A DNA stretch of 64,000 nucleotides. Source: an uncultured Poribacteria bacterium (GTDB lineage Bacteria > Poribacteria > WGA-4E > WGA-3G). The stretch lies in contig OX638351.1 in the NCBI GenBank assembly GCA_951813565.1, forward strand, positions 4,960,001 through 5,024,000, written 5' to 3'. Position 1 is the first letter of the stretch, and each line of letters starts with the position of its first letter. Below are positions 29,972-40,360 of this stretch, piece by piece. The position numbers were made by a program, and so were the translations under genes. The notes beneath the pieces are model-generated. The model made no database searches and had not been told where the DNA came from. It saw only the letters and a list, made by a program, of their open reading frames with translations.

Positions 29972-31060
29972 ATGAAATCTGTTGAACAGGCTAAAAAAGG
30001 ATCATTTTTTTCATTTAATCGCTGGCTAATATGTACTGAGATCGTTGCCATCATCGGATTTGTACTGCTTGCGGCACTTTACACGCAACGCGGCGGTGCT
30101 GAACCTGAATCTCCACCGTTCTCTCAAGCTGAAACCTTCCTTGCTGAGGCAGATGCGTCCTTTAACAAACAGGACCTGGGTAGAGCTGTGTTCCTCTATT
30201 GGCAAGCTTTACAAGCATTAGAAACCGAAAAAACAGAAGGAAACAAAGCAGACCGTTTGCATGCTAACCTCCGTATTGCAGAGATCTATTCCCAAAGTAG
30301 TTGGTTGAAAGATGCGAAATCACGTCTGGAATATGCTTCACATATCCAACCTGACCATGAAGATGTTCTTCTCTTAAGTGGTAAACTTTTTCGCGATGAC
30401 GGTGCGAAAGAAGAGGCAGCTGAGCAATTTTTGGCGGTGTTGGATAGAAACGCTGACAATGCCGAAGCACACTATCTTCTCGGCGTTTTGTATCAAGGGA
30501 ATAAGCAGTATAAAGAAGCGTCAACACACTACAGAGCAGCAATTGAAAATGATCCTGAATTCATACATGTCCCATCTGAAAAAGCGCCTATCGGTGTGCT
30601 TGCGCGCCTTCAATTATCGCGGACCTACAACAAGATGCTTCAAAGCTACCGATTTCTTGATCGAGAACTTACCAGTGAGGATATGGCAGAAATCACTCGG
30701 CTTGAAGCACAGTCAATTAACCTTTTAGAACAAGCGCTTCAGGGACAACCGGGAATGCAGGAGATTGTCAATGACTTGATCGGTTTACTCTATGTGCGTG
30801 CCAATGCTCTTAAACGTGAAGCAGCAACAAGACCTTATGCAGACGCGTTGGAAATCTATGAACGCATTGTGGAACTTGACCCGACAGAAGTACAAGCGTG
30901 GCAGGAGATGGCTGAAATTTATGAAAGTTATCTCAGGGATAAACCCAAAGCACTTGAAATGTACCAAAAGATCTATGAACTTGCACCGCATGCAACTTAC
31001 TTAGCGATAATCAAATCACTTGAAGAAGATGTTGCTGCAGAAAATGAAGAATTGGAATGA
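29972..31060 (+). CDS. Membrane-anchored TPR protein
   Basis: N-terminal TM helix and TPR units (NAEAHYLLGVLY, ALEIYERIVELDP). Confidence 0.75.
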   Translation: MKSVEQAKKGSFFSFNRWLICTEIVAIIGFVLLAALYTQRGGAEPESPPFSQAETFLAEADASFNKQDLGRAVFLYWQALQALETEKTEGNKADRLHANLRIAEIYSQSSWLKDAKSRLEYASHIQPDHEDVLLLSGKLFRDDGAKEEAAEQFLAVLDRNADNAEAHYLLGVLYQGNKQYKEASTHYRAAIENDPEFIHVPSEKAPIGVLARLQLSRTYNKMLQSYRFLDRELTSEDMAEITRLEAQSINLLEQALQGQPGMQEIVNDLIGLLYVRANALKREAATRPYADALEIYERIVELDPTEVQAWQEMAEIYESYLRDKPKALEMYQKIYELAPHATYLAIIKSLEEDVAAENEELE

Positions 31061-31073
31061 TGGAATTTAGGAA

Positions 31074-31523
31074 CTACAACTTTTGGAATTTACTAAGAAG
31101 ATTTGAGCAACATGAGCAGCGATGTCTTTTTAACATATTGTTAATTTTTTGTTTAACTTCATTCGGAAACTTCTTTGTTAGTTTGTGAAATCTTTTACCT
31201 TTTTTGCTATATGATACCTTAACAATTTCAAGTGCTAAGGGTAAATATTCCAGGTAAGCTCGTAGTTTTCTCCCCGCTTTTTTAGGCAAATATGGAACAG
31301 TTTTTACTACTCCGTCTGTTCCTTTTTTAATTCCGTTTGAAGTATGTGCGGCAAGTTTGCTCGCCACCGTCCCTATTTTTTCTCGATGCTTATATAATAT
31401 CTTAGCAAGTTCCATTGCTAAAGGCAAAAACGGTGATATTCGGGTTAATGTTATACCAGCTGCCTTTGGCAAATGTGGAATCATTGCATTTATGGCAGGT
31501 CTTAAGGAAGTTATACTAATCAT
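31074..31523 (-). CDS. Hypothetical basic protein with an internal repeat
   Basis: 149-aa ORF with an upstream GAGGAG and an internal repeat FLPLAMELAK / YLPLALEIVK. Confidence 0.5.
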   Translation of the reverse strand: MISITSLRPAINAMIPHLPKAAGITLTRISPFLPLAMELAKILYKHREKIGTVASKLAAHTSNGIKKGTDGVVKTVPYLPKKAGRKLRAYLEYLPLALEIVKVSYSKKGKRFHKLTKKFPNEVKQKINNMLKRHRCSCCSNLLSKFQKL

Positions 31524-31777
31524 TGAATTTTCTCCTCAAAAATGGGTCAGAGATCTCCATAGTGTCCTGAATTTACATGGATTTTGGTATTATAACCTAA
31601 GTTGCTACCTATGTAGTACAAACTTTATGAAGATAAAAAAATAAATTCGGTATTTTCCTTAGTCCCGCCAAATGCGCGTGTGGCATTCAGCGGGACTGAA
31701 GAGCGTTTGACATATTCAGAATATATCTAATACCACATTAACTTGATTCATATTTATGGAGCAGTTAGGAAAACGTA

Positions 31778-32074
31778 CCTTATGCGTCAATTTAAGGATA
31801 TACCCTCTTGTGGGAGTGAATCAACGCAGCATGCCCGTCCGGCATGCTGCCAAATCAACGCCAAATGCGCTTTTTGGCATTTGTCGGGTTTTCAACCCCG
31901 ATTTTCTTCTGTAGGAGCGACCTCCCGGTCGCGAGCTGGAGCTCGTTCCTACAGAATGTCCGAGGCGACAAGTCATGGCGAATACCACGCGTATTCGCCC
32001 AAGTGCGCTTGGCGTTGATTTGGCAATGAATTGCGCGACTACAAACGCTTTTTTTCTTAAATTGACAGTTATGG
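31778..32074. mobile_element. MITE of the CCATA..GTCAATTTAAG terminal-repeat family
   Basis: Left end CCTTATGCGTCAATTTAAG, right-end reverse complement CCATAACTGTCAATTTAAG. The left interior is shared with 40618-41015 and 45221-45398. Confidence 0.65.
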
Positions 32075-32229
32075 AGCGGTTAGGAAACCGCTCCTACCGT
32101 CCGGAAAATCCGATAAATCCCGTTAATTTGGTATTATAGGTTATAGAAAAACTATAATTAAAAGTATGGAACCATATATCAAATTTAAGGTGTCTGAAGT
32201 GTTGAAACAAGACGTGTAGGAAAGAGAGA

Positions 32230-32301
32230 AGCCGATGAGAGGATTTGAACCTCCGACCTACTGATTACGAATCAGTTGCTCTTCCACTGAGCTACACCGG
32301 C
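32230..32301 (-). tRNA. tRNA-Thr (CGT)
   Basis: Reverse complement GCCGGTGTAGCTCAGTGGAAGAGCAACTGATTCGTAATCAGTAGGTCGGAGGTTCAAATCCTCTCATCGGC forms a cloverleaf with anticodon loop TTCGTAA. No encoded CCA. Confidence 0.93.
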
Positions 32302-32323
32302 TTGACATATTATAAAAAAGAAA

Positions 32324-32396
32324 TGCCGAGAGGCAGAATCGAACTGCCGACACATAGATTTTCAGTCTACTGCTCTACCGACTGAGCTATCTCGGC
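32324..32396 (-). tRNA. tRNA-Phe (GAA)
   Basis: Reverse complement GCCGAGATAGCTCAGTCGGTAGAGCAGTAGACTGAAAATCTATGTGTCGGCAGTTCGATTCTGCCTCTCGGCA, anticodon loop CTGAAAA. Confidence 0.95.
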
Positions 32397-32451
32397 TCAA
32401 CGATATATTTTATCATTAAATGATATGATTGTCAAGTTTTTTGACAATTTT

Positions 32452-33498
32452 TTATTCGGACCAAATACCAATTTCTTTATAGAAACGGATCGCACCGGGG
32501 TGAAAGGGCGTGCCTACATCTTTGACGGCATTTTTCTCATTGATGGCTTTGCCAGCTTTATGTGCCTTGACAACTTCAGCACGATGTGTATACAAGGTCT
32601 TCGTAAAATGGTAAACCGTGTCTTCATCTGCATTCTCAGAAGTAATCAGATGCATCGAACCGACATTCATAGTATCAAAAGGTTCCGTCAGTACATTTTT
32701 ATAGGCAGACGCAGGGATAGTCATAGAATTAAAGAAGGGGTACTTGTCAACAAGAGCCTGTTTCGCAGTTTCATCAAACGGAATAAAGAGAATATCTTGA
32801 GTAGCGGAGGCTTGCTCAACCGCTGGCGTTGGAACTGCACCGCCGATAAACGCTGCGGCTGCAGAACGGTCTGCTAACAGATTTACGGCAGCACTGTATA
32901 TATCGTTGAGGGGCGTAAAATCGTCATAAGTAACACCGTGCTCAGCTAATATTGGTCCGAGGAAATACTCAAAACCTGCTCCTGCAGGCCCAACAACGAC
33001 GCGTTTTCCTTTCAAATCAGCCATTGTGCGGATACCAGAGGATTTTGGTGTTACAAATAAGGCAACATTTGGAGCGAGTGTCATGACAGCACGGATAGGT
33101 TGTTCGGTTTGCCAAGCACCTTCCCCGCGAACTGCAAAGTAAGAAATTGCAGCATTGGCAAGCGCGAATTCTAAAGTAGCATCTTTCCTAACAAGAAGTC
33201 GTATGTTTTCTTGCGTGCCTTTAGTTCCCTCAGCGGTTACTTCCCAATTTTTATCAGTAATGTTCCGACTGACAACATCAGCAATTGCGCCACCGATAGT
33301 GTAAAAAGCGCCACCTAATGTGCCAGTACCGATACTGATAAAGCGGCGTTTCGATGTATTATTATCATCTGTTTTGGCAGCTGTATCACCTTGCTCATTT
33401 TTGGTATCGCTTTGCTTTGATGCGTTATCGCATCCGATTCCGAAACTCAAAGCAATAATAAAAAACAAAATAGATAAATACGATGTGATGAATTTCAT
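32452..33498 (-). CDS. TAXI family TRAP transporter solute-binding lipoprotein
   Basis: Lipobox GIGC, IGTGTLGGAFY, TKGTQEN, DLKGKRV and PFHPGAIRFYKE motifs. Confidence 0.9.
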   Translation of the reverse strand: MKFITSYLSILFFIIALSFGIGCDNASKQSDTKNEQGDTAAKTDDNNTSKRRFISIGTGTLGGAFYTIGGAIADVVSRNITDKNWEVTAEGTKGTQENIRLLVRKDATLEFALANAAISYFAVRGEGAWQTEQPIRAVMTLAPNVALFVTPKSSGIRTMADLKGKRVVVGPAGAGFEYFLGPILAEHGVTYDDFTPLNDIYSAAVNLLADRSAAAAFIGGAVPTPAVEQASATQDILFIPFDETAKQALVDKYPFFNSMTIPASAYKNVLTEPFDTMNVGSMHLITSENADEDTVYHFTKTLYTHRAEVVKAHKAGKAINEKNAVKDVGTPFHPGAIRFYKEIGIWSE

Positions 33499-33600
33499 AA
33501 ATGTTCTCCTATAAGGCTAATGCCAATAAAATTTTAATCAAAATGATGGGATATTACATGTTCTAACTGATATAACTCTAAATGTATGTGTTGTGCAATT

Positions 33601-34890
33601 TCACTGTGTAGCAGAACCAAGCGGCACCTCAGGTGGAAAATAACACATCTTTGACATCGCTGGAAAGATGTGTGTTACGTCTCGTCTATAAACATCTCCA
33701 CTTAAGATGTCTACGATGCCACCAAGATGTTGGGGATATTCTGACAGGAACCGTGCAAAACTAAATTCCTTTGTATAGAAAGCATAAACCAGCTTACGAA
33801 ATGCCTCCATTCCGTTAACAAACGTTTGTCCGAAACTTCCCAACCGTGTTTCAGAAAAATCATTTTCTCGGAACGCTTCAATGATTGCATCTGCAGCCAT
33901 TTCACCAGATTTGAGTGCTAAAAACAGACCTGTTGAATACACCGGGTCTAAGAACCCGAACGCGTCCCCTATTAACACCCAATTCTCGCCTGCAATTCGG
34001 CTTGCACGATACGAAAAATCCTTTGTTGTTTGAATAGGATACAGTTGTTTTGCACCTTCAAGCCGTTGCTTCAAAGGTTGGCATTTCTGCAATTCTTCGT
34101 CAAATATTTTCTGTGCGTTGAGTTTACCGTCAGGTTCTCTACGATTTTGGAGTAGGTAGTCCAACTCACCGACTACCCCGATGCTGGTACGATTGTACGG
34201 TAACGGAATTGACCAGAACCAGGAATCTTTATCTTCAGTATGCAGAATAAGTGTCGCACCTTCGTCAATTCCTTCGTCCCGATGCCCTCCTTCGTAATGC
34301 GTAAATAGAGATGCCTTCTTCAGATTCGGTTCTATGGTGTTGAGGTCTAACTGTCTTCCTATGAGAGAACGTTGTCCAGTTGAATCCACAATAACGGTTC
34401 CGTGTATTGTTTCAAGGTTATTATTTCCATCTCTGGGAGGTCTTCCTTGTGCGACAACACCGATCGCCTTTTCACCTTCAAAAAGCACTTTACGGACACT
34501 GATACCTCTGCGTACTTCTACCCCCTTCTCCGCCGCATTGTCCAAAAGCATCTGGTCAAACTCGCTACGCAGGACCTGCCATGTAACAGCACTTTCATGC
34601 GGATTGGTATCAAAGAAGTAGAATGGATTAGTAGCCTTACCCGTGCGCGTAAAAAACTGCACACTGAACTTCTGTGGAAAATGACTCGCTCGTAGTTTGT
34701 CAAGCATACCGAGTCGTTTGAACGTCCAGTACGTGGCAGGAATCAACGATTCACCGATTTTGAAAGTTGGTTCTGCGTAGCGTTCAAGGAGTAGAACCCG
34801 GTAACCTTTCTCCGCAATGAGCGTAGCAGCAGTGCTTCCTGCAGGCCCGCCGCCGATAATAATAGTGTCGTAGTTTTGGTACGTGTTCAT
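33601..34890 (-). CDS. FAD-dependent halogenase-like oxidoreductase
   Basis: GGGPAG, FKIGESL, WFWSIP (WxWxIP) and GDAFGFLDPVYSTG motifs. Confidence 0.8.
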   Translation of the reverse strand: MNTYQNYDTIIIGGGPAGSTAATLIAEKGYRVLLLERYAEPTFKIGESLIPATYWTFKRLGMLDKLRASHFPQKFSVQFFTRTGKATNPFYFFDTNPHESAVTWQVLRSEFDQMLLDNAAEKGVEVRRGISVRKVLFEGEKAIGVVAQGRPPRDGNNNLETIHGTVIVDSTGQRSLIGRQLDLNTIEPNLKKASLFTHYEGGHRDEGIDEGATLILHTEDKDSWFWSIPLPYNRTSIGVVGELDYLLQNRREPDGKLNAQKIFDEELQKCQPLKQRLEGAKQLYPIQTTKDFSYRASRIAGENWVLIGDAFGFLDPVYSTGLFLALKSGEMAADAIIEAFRENDFSETRLGSFGQTFVNGMEAFRKLVYAFYTKEFSFARFLSEYPQHLGGIVDILSGDVYRRDVTHIFPAMSKMCYFPPEVPLGSATQ

Positions 34891-34957
34891 AGGACGCTTT
34901 CAATAGGGAAAGTTTGTCTCAAGTTTTCTTGATGTTTTTTTAGTAGAAATTCAATAG

Positions 34958-35157
34958 TTAATCCGCTGCTTTTCCGTCGGTAGTTTTGACGGGTTTCGGA
35001 TTTTTAGGTGGTGGATCTGCAAATTTGTATTTACCAGATTTACGATACTCTTCTCTAATGCTTGATAGTGCGCAACCAATTTACCCATATCGTGGTTGAA
35101 TTTCGCGGATATCTCTCGGCGTATCCTGTGAATTTCATCAAGTTCATAGTCTGCCAT
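34958..35157 (-). pseudogene. Small hypothetical protein, probably frameshifted
   Basis: RBS AGGAG and ATG at 35157 give MADYELDEIHRIRREISAKFNHDMGKLVAHYQALE. A shifted frame continues EYRKSGKYKFADPPP...AAD to a stop at 34958. Confidence 0.4.
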
Positions 35158-35225
35158 TTTTGTTCTCCTTGTCAAACAATTATAGCCTCTCAAGGATTGA
35201 ATTGTCAAGGAAAATGCTTGTTCAT

Positions 35226-36476
35226 CTATAGGGAACGCTCATCGGTGAATCGCTTGGATTTAAGTTCATATCTCGGCAAAGTTCCAAGCGGTACAACTTT
35301 CACGATTGTGCGTAAACCTAACGCATTCCGAATAGCGTTTCCAACAGCAGTTGCAGTATCAGCAGGATTTGCGTTAGTAGATTCAATCTGAATTTCAAGT
35401 TCATCAAGTGTTTCCGTTCGGTAAGCACGAACTGCAAATTCACATACATCGGAAAACTTAAGGATGATATTTTCAATTGTGGCGGGATATAGGTTCAAAC
35501 CACGTATTATAATAGCGTTGTCTAACCGTCCGATAACACCACCATCAAGGACACGATGTTGGCTTCCACATTCGCAAGGTGTGGGTTTGAGTTTGACATA
35601 ATCACCTGTCCGATAACGAATTACTGGCATGCCAATTCGACCTAAATTGGTAATGACTAACTCCCCTTCGTTTGATGGATTACCCGTTTTTGTATCAAGT
35701 ACTTCACAGATAAACTCATCTTCGTTGAGGTGAACCCCTGCTTGCGGTTGGCACATTACACCCCATGCCCCAACTTCCGTAGCTCCTGCATGGTCGTAAG
35801 CACGTGCTCCCCAACCATCTTCAATACGTTTTTTTGTTGCAGATAGACTTGCACCGGGTTCACCCGCGTGGATTGTTACGCAAACTTTAGAATCTTTGCT
35901 GAGGTTAACTCCCTCTTGCGCTGCGACTTCGGCGAGGCGTAATGCATAGGTCGGTGTGCAAATTACTACCGTCACATCGTTACTGAGGATAGCACGTATC
36001 CGTTGCTCAGAAGTCAACCCGCCGTTTGCGATGGTGAGTGCACCGAGCTGCTGCGCGCCGTGATATGCACTCCAGAAACCGATAAATGGACCGAAAGAAA
36101 ACGCCATCATGAGTCGATCTGACGATGTCACCCCTGCAGCAGTATAAATGTCTCTCCAGCATTTTCCCCACCAGTCCCATGATTCTCTTGTATCCAACCA
36201 GCGCAATGGTGAACCTGTTGTCCCAGAGGTCTGATGTAGGCAGGTGTATTGTTCCAGCGGAAAGGTGAGATTTGTGCCGTAAGGTGGATGCGACACTTGA
36301 TCTGCACTGAGTTCGTCTTTTGTGGTAAAGGGGAGTTGCTGATAGTCTGATAGCGTTTGAATGTCGTTAGGATGGGCAATTCCAGCTTCGATAAGTTTTT
36401 TTTTGTAGAATGCGTTTGTTTCTAATGCCGGAGCGAGCATTTCGCGCAGGCGGTGTAATTGTGTTTTTTTATCCAT
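35226..36476 (-). CDS. Phenylacetate-CoA ligase (PaaK) family adenylate-forming enzyme
   Basis: LPFTTKDEL, TSGTTGSP, AGEPG, AGATE, RYRTGD and GRLD motifs. Confidence 0.85.
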   Translation of the reverse strand: MDKKTQLHRLREMLAPALETNAFYKKKLIEAGIAHPNDIQTLSDYQQLPFTTKDELSADQVSHPPYGTNLTFPLEQYTCLHQTSGTTGSPLRWLDTRESWDWWGKCWRDIYTAAGVTSSDRLMMAFSFGPFIGFWSAYHGAQQLGALTIANGGLTSEQRIRAILSNDVTVVICTPTYALRLAEVAAQEGVNLSKDSKVCVTIHAGEPGASLSATKKRIEDGWGARAYDHAGATEVGAWGVMCQPQAGVHLNEDEFICEVLDTKTGNPSNEGELVITNLGRIGMPVIRYRTGDYVKLKPTPCECGSQHRVLDGGVIGRLDNAIIIRGLNLYPATIENIILKFSDVCEFAVRAYRTETLDELEIQIESTNANPADTATAVGNAIRNALGLRTIVKVVPLGTLPRYELKSKRFTDERSL

Positions 36477-36487
36477 GCTTGTTGAGA

Positions 36488-36697
36488 TTAACTCGTAGAA
36501 TTGAGAGTATGAGCTGCAAAATGAAATGCTGCGAGCACACCCTCATGAGTAAGACGAGGATAAGATTCAAGCAATTGTTCAATTGTTTCACCTGCGGCAA
36601 ATTTTTCCAATATTAATTCAACAGGAATACGGGTGCCAGCAATAACAGGTTTACCCATCATAATTGATGGATTACATTCAATGAGTTTTGTATTCAT
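36488..36697 (-). CDS. DUF433 domain protein (antitoxin-like)
   Basis: NPSIMMGKPVIAGTRIPVELIL...GETIEQLLESYPRL. Confidence 0.9.
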   Translation of the reverse strand: MNTKLIECNPSIMMGKPVIAGTRIPVELILEKFAAGETIEQLLESYPRLTHEGVLAAFHFAAHTLNSTS

Positions 36698-36745
36698 GTT
36701 TTCATTCCTTCCATGAGAAAAAATATATCTGTTGAATCAGGTTGC

Positions 36746-38086
36746 TTAGGTATATCGCGTATTCTGATATTCAGGCGCATAAAACGCTGGAAGCAAACTA
36801 TCAACTTGCAGCAGTCCACGTTGGGTTAGTTGGATAGTATCGGCTGCAGCATCAACGTGCAACATACCATCGTTTTGCAGTTTTTCATAAGCATCAGCGT
36901 AAAGTGTTAGGATATCTACGTTGAATTTGGTTTGGAAATAGGAAGGCTTTATTTTTCCAAGTTTGAGCTGCAGGATCATCTCACGTGTCAACCTTTCCGC
37001 TTCTGTAGGTTTCAACGCGCGATAGATAGGTAGGTTATTTTCCTCAAGGTTACTGAGATAGTCTCCCCATGATGGTGCGTTTTGAAAGTGAATCCCACTG
37101 AGATGTGAAAAAGATGCAACGCCTGTACCTATCATATCGCTTCCTTGCCACACAGCATCACGATAGACGAACTGACACGGTTTGTCTTTTTTAAGTACTG
37201 TATAAGCACTGGATTGTGTGTAACCGACTTCCGCAAATTGTTCAAAAGCGTACTGATGCCATTCCCGCTTCAGTTTCCAATCTGCCACAGGCAACGCATC
37301 TCCACCAAGAATATCTTTGGAATAGACGGTGTTGAACGGCAATTCAAGTTGATAGACGGTGATGCTGTCAGGATCAAGTTCAATCGTCTTTTTAACAGTC
37401 TCGCGCCAACTTTCCCATGTTTCCCCAATCATACCAGAGATAAGGTCAATGTTAACTTGGTCAAATGCCAATTCCTTGATCCAAGGGTCAATGCGATATA
37501 CTTCTTTTGAGAGGTGTGCCCTACCGTTTTCAGCAAGAATTTCGTCATTCAAATTCTCAACACCAAGACTCAAACGGGTCACGCCGATCGCTTTGATGGC
37601 TTCTAATTTCTTTTGGGTTAACGTACCGGGTTCACACTCAAAAGCGACCTCTTCTGCAGCATCCCACGGCAGCACATTCTTCACTCTGTCAACCAATGTT
37701 GTCAGATGTTTGACACTAATGTATGAAGGAGTGCCACCACCGAAATACACAAACCGCAAAGGTCTACCTGCAATAGCCGGTTGTTTGCTGTATAGTTCAA
37801 CCTCTTTAGCGAGGGTGTTTAGGTAAGTGTCAATTTCTGAACTGTTTTTGTCTGTATATACCCGAAAGTAGCAGAATTTGCAACGTTTGCGGCAGAAGGG
37901 AATGTGCAAGTAAAGTCCAAGTGTAGCATCCGGGCGCGGTTCTTCACCGAGCGCGCGATGCACCTCCGTAACTGCTGGTTCGTTCCATGTAGAATACGGT
38001 GGATAGTTGGAAACAAAAACGCTACCAACTGTTGTCTGTTTTGATTCTATTCCTGCTGTCGCAGGTTCCGGTTTTGTTGTAGACAT
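36746..38086 (-). CDS. HemN/coproporphyrinogen III oxidase-like radical SAM protein
   Basis: LYLHIPFCRKRCKFCYF (CxxxCxxC), YFGGGTPS, RLSLGV and NIDLI motifs. Confidence 0.88.
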   Translation of the reverse strand: MSTTKPEPATAGIESKQTTVGSVFVSNYPPYSTWNEPAVTEVHRALGEEPRPDATLGLYLHIPFCRKRCKFCYFRVYTDKNSSEIDTYLNTLAKEVELYSKQPAIAGRPLRFVYFGGGTPSYISVKHLTTLVDRVKNVLPWDAAEEVAFECEPGTLTQKKLEAIKAIGVTRLSLGVENLNDEILAENGRAHLSKEVYRIDPWIKELAFDQVNIDLISGMIGETWESWRETVKKTIELDPDSITVYQLELPFNTVYSKDILGGDALPVADWKLKREWHQYAFEQFAEVGYTQSSAYTVLKKDKPCQFVYRDAVWQGSDMIGTGVASFSHLSGIHFQNAPSWGDYLSNLEENNLPIYRALKPTEAERLTREMILQLKLGKIKPSYFQTKFNVDILTLYADAYEKLQNDGMLHVDAAADTIQLTQRGLLQVDSLLPAFYAPEYQNTRYT

Positions 38087-39255
38087 TATTTCTTTTCTCC
38101 AAAGCAGTAGAGGACTCCATCCTCATTTCCGATATATATTTTTCCACCAGCAACGCTGGGTGATGCTACAATAGACGATGCCGTTTCAAATTCCCACACT
38201 TGTTCTCCGGTAGTTATATCCAAGGCAATGAACACGCCACGAGTTGTTCCAAAAAAGACGCGTTTCCCAACGATGACCGGAGAAGACTCAATTCTGGATT
38301 TAGCGGTAAAAGTCCATTGTGGTTCACCTTTTTCTGGTGAAAGCGCATGTACCATCTTATCACGTCCGCCAATAATAACAAGGTCTTCTGTTACAGCAGC
38401 TGAAGCAAAAAATGGTAACTTCCGCTCCGGATGTTCATACCGCCACGCAATTTCACCAGATGTAAGGTTAACTCCCAACACTTCGTTACCGTACGTTCCG
38501 CAATATACACGAACTTCAGATCCAATTGATGAGTCAGTGTTTGTGTTTAAAATTGCGGGACTCGCGCCGACGTACGCGCCAAGGTTTACCTGTTGTGTCT
38601 CAGTCCCATCGTCAATATTGATAACGCGTAAATAACTATCGCATCCTGTAACAATAACTAAATTTCCGAAAATTGCAGGTGTACCGTGTACATATCCTTC
38701 GGTTTCAAATTTCCATACCAATTCACCATTTTCTATGTTAAGACAGTATAGAAATCCATCATACGAACCGAATAGCACCCGGTTACCAGCAAAATTCGCT
38801 GATGAAATAATCTCACCCTCCGCGCTAAACTGCCATTTCTTTTTTTCGGTGGCAATATCCACAGCATGAAAAATGCCTTCACCATCCCCAAAGTAGATAA
38901 CATTATTATGTACAGAAGGTGAAGATTTTATCGGACCGGTTGCCTGATACTTCCACTTGCTTTTACCGGTTTGTGCGTCAATTGCATAGAGGAATCCATC
39001 TGAAGCTCCGAGATATACAGTGCTATCAACGATTGTAGCGGTAGACTCAATCATATCCCCTGCTTTGAATGCCCAGAGCAACTCAAGCTTATCGGGAAGT
39101 TGTGAATCAGCGACACCCGTGAGCTGCGGATTACCTCGAAAACTTGCCCAATTGCCAAATGCAGAACGCATTATAGGCACCAACACAAAAAATAAGATAG
39201 CAACAGACACACTCCAATATGGTAATGTCTTCGACTTTTCAATAAATTTGTTCAT
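38086..39255 (-). CDS. PQQ-like beta-propeller repeat protein
   Basis: WASFRGN, and repeated SSP.V....VYFG..DG..YA.D..TG...W.F units. Confidence 0.85.
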   Translation of the reverse strand: MNKFIEKSKTLPYWSVSVAILFFVLVPIMRSAFGNWASFRGNPQLTGVADSQLPDKLELLWAFKAGDMIESTATIVDSTVYLGASDGFLYAIDAQTGKSKWKYQATGPIKSSPSVHNNVIYFGDGEGIFHAVDIATEKKKWQFSAEGEIISSANFAGNRVLFGSYDGFLYCLNIENGELVWKFETEGYVHGTPAIFGNLVIVTGCDSYLRVINIDDGTETQQVNLGAYVGASPAILNTNTDSSIGSEVRVYCGTYGNEVLGVNLTSGEIAWRYEHPERKLPFFASAAVTEDLVIIGGRDKMVHALSPEKGEPQWTFTAKSRIESSPVIVGKRVFFGTTRGVFIALDITTGEQVWEFETASSIVASPSVAGGKIYIGNEDGVLYCFGEKK

Positions 39256-40360
39256 ATAGTCTCATAAAATCGTGTATACTCAAAGAGCGCGGGTTAAACT
39301 GCGCGGTCCACTGTCCAGCGGCTTCTTTTGCCAATGTAGCTATGTCAGTTGATTTTATATGATGTTGGACAGGGCAATCTTGTAATGTGTTCGGTAAATC
39401 ACCTGTTTGCATTAACGCTTCAATTCTGTCGGCCAAATTTCCGTCCGGATAAAGTTCGTGATAAGCTTCATCTGCGATTGTCTTGTTAAACCGAATGACA
39501 TGCGGTAACATCAAGGCAACAGCGATGCCGTGTGTGATGCCATATCTTGCTGTCAACGGATTGGCACACGCGTGCGCGGCTCCCAGCATTGAATTTTCTA
39601 TCGCAACCCCAGCGAGATAAGCACCAAGTAACATTTTTCCGCGCGCTTCACTATTTTTGGCATCAAGTGCCAATTCGAAATTAGTATCTAAAAGTTGCCA
39701 TGCGCGTAACGAAAACATTTGTGACATTGGGTTGCATCTCGTTGAGACAAAACTCTCAATTGCGTGTGCGATGGCGTCTATGCCTGTGATTGCAGCAACC
39801 AATCTCGGTAAAGTCTCGGTTAATAGTGGATCTAAAATTACAGTGCCAAATTGCGCTTTTTTATCACCACACGCCATTTTGATATGTGTATCTTCCTGTG
39901 CAATTAGGGCAAAAGATTGTGCGTCACTTCCTGTACCAATTGTTGTTGGAATACCGATAGATGGAAGCATCGGTTGTGTTGCTTTGTTTGTTCCCCAGTA
40001 GTCCTGCATTTTACCACCGTTGGTGAGTAGGAAATTTGCGCCTTTTGCACAATCCATCGCACTTCCCCCACCGAGTCCGATGATCAGGTCAATCGGTGCG
40101 TTTGCCTTGGCAAATTGAACCGCAGCGTCAACATGTTTCGTCGTCGGGTTTGGATCAACACCAGTGAAAACGTAACATGGAATCTTCTCACTATTCAGTG
40201 CTGAATATGCGCGTTTGAGGATGCCTGCCTCTTCAATACCAGGGTCCGTGACGAGTAAAACGCGATTACCTCCAAGAAAAATCGTAGATTCAGCAAGTTT
40301 TTCAATACTGTTTTCGCCAAAGATAACGCGTTGTGCCAAATTTGAGTCAAAAGAAACCAT
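39239..40360 (-). CDS. Iron-containing alcohol dehydrogenase
   Basis: GLGGGSAMDCAK, IPTTIGTGS, GIDAIAHAIES, AHACANPL and HGIA motifs. Confidence 0.9.
   Translation of the reverse strand: MVSFDSNLAQRVIFGENSIEKLAESTIFLGGNRVLLVTDPGIEEAGILKRAYSALNSEKIPCYVFTGVDPNPTTKHVDAAVQFAKANAPIDLIIGLGGGSAMDCAKGANFLLTNGGKMQDYWGTNKATQPMLPSIGIPTTIGTGSDAQSFALIAQEDTHIKMACGDKKAQFGTVILDPLLTETLPRLVAAITGIDAIAHAIESFVSTRCNPMSQMFSLRAWQLLDTNFELALDAKNSEARGKMLLGAYLAGVAIENSMLGAAHACANPLTARYGITHGIAVALMLPHVIRFNKTIADEAYHELYPDGNLADRIEALMQTGDLPNTLQDCPVQHHIKSTDIATLAKEAAGQWTAQFNPRSLSIHDFMRLYEQIY

Noticed and set aside
31743..32029. Short ORFs in repeat-rich intergenic regions (also 40605-41104, 45157-45372 and the 5' extension 45386-45511)
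   Set aside because: They are translations of REP/MITE palindromes without protein-like motifs.
32230..32396. tRNA-anchored prophage or genomic island
   Set aside because: No integrase and no duplicated tRNA 3' end were seen in the window.
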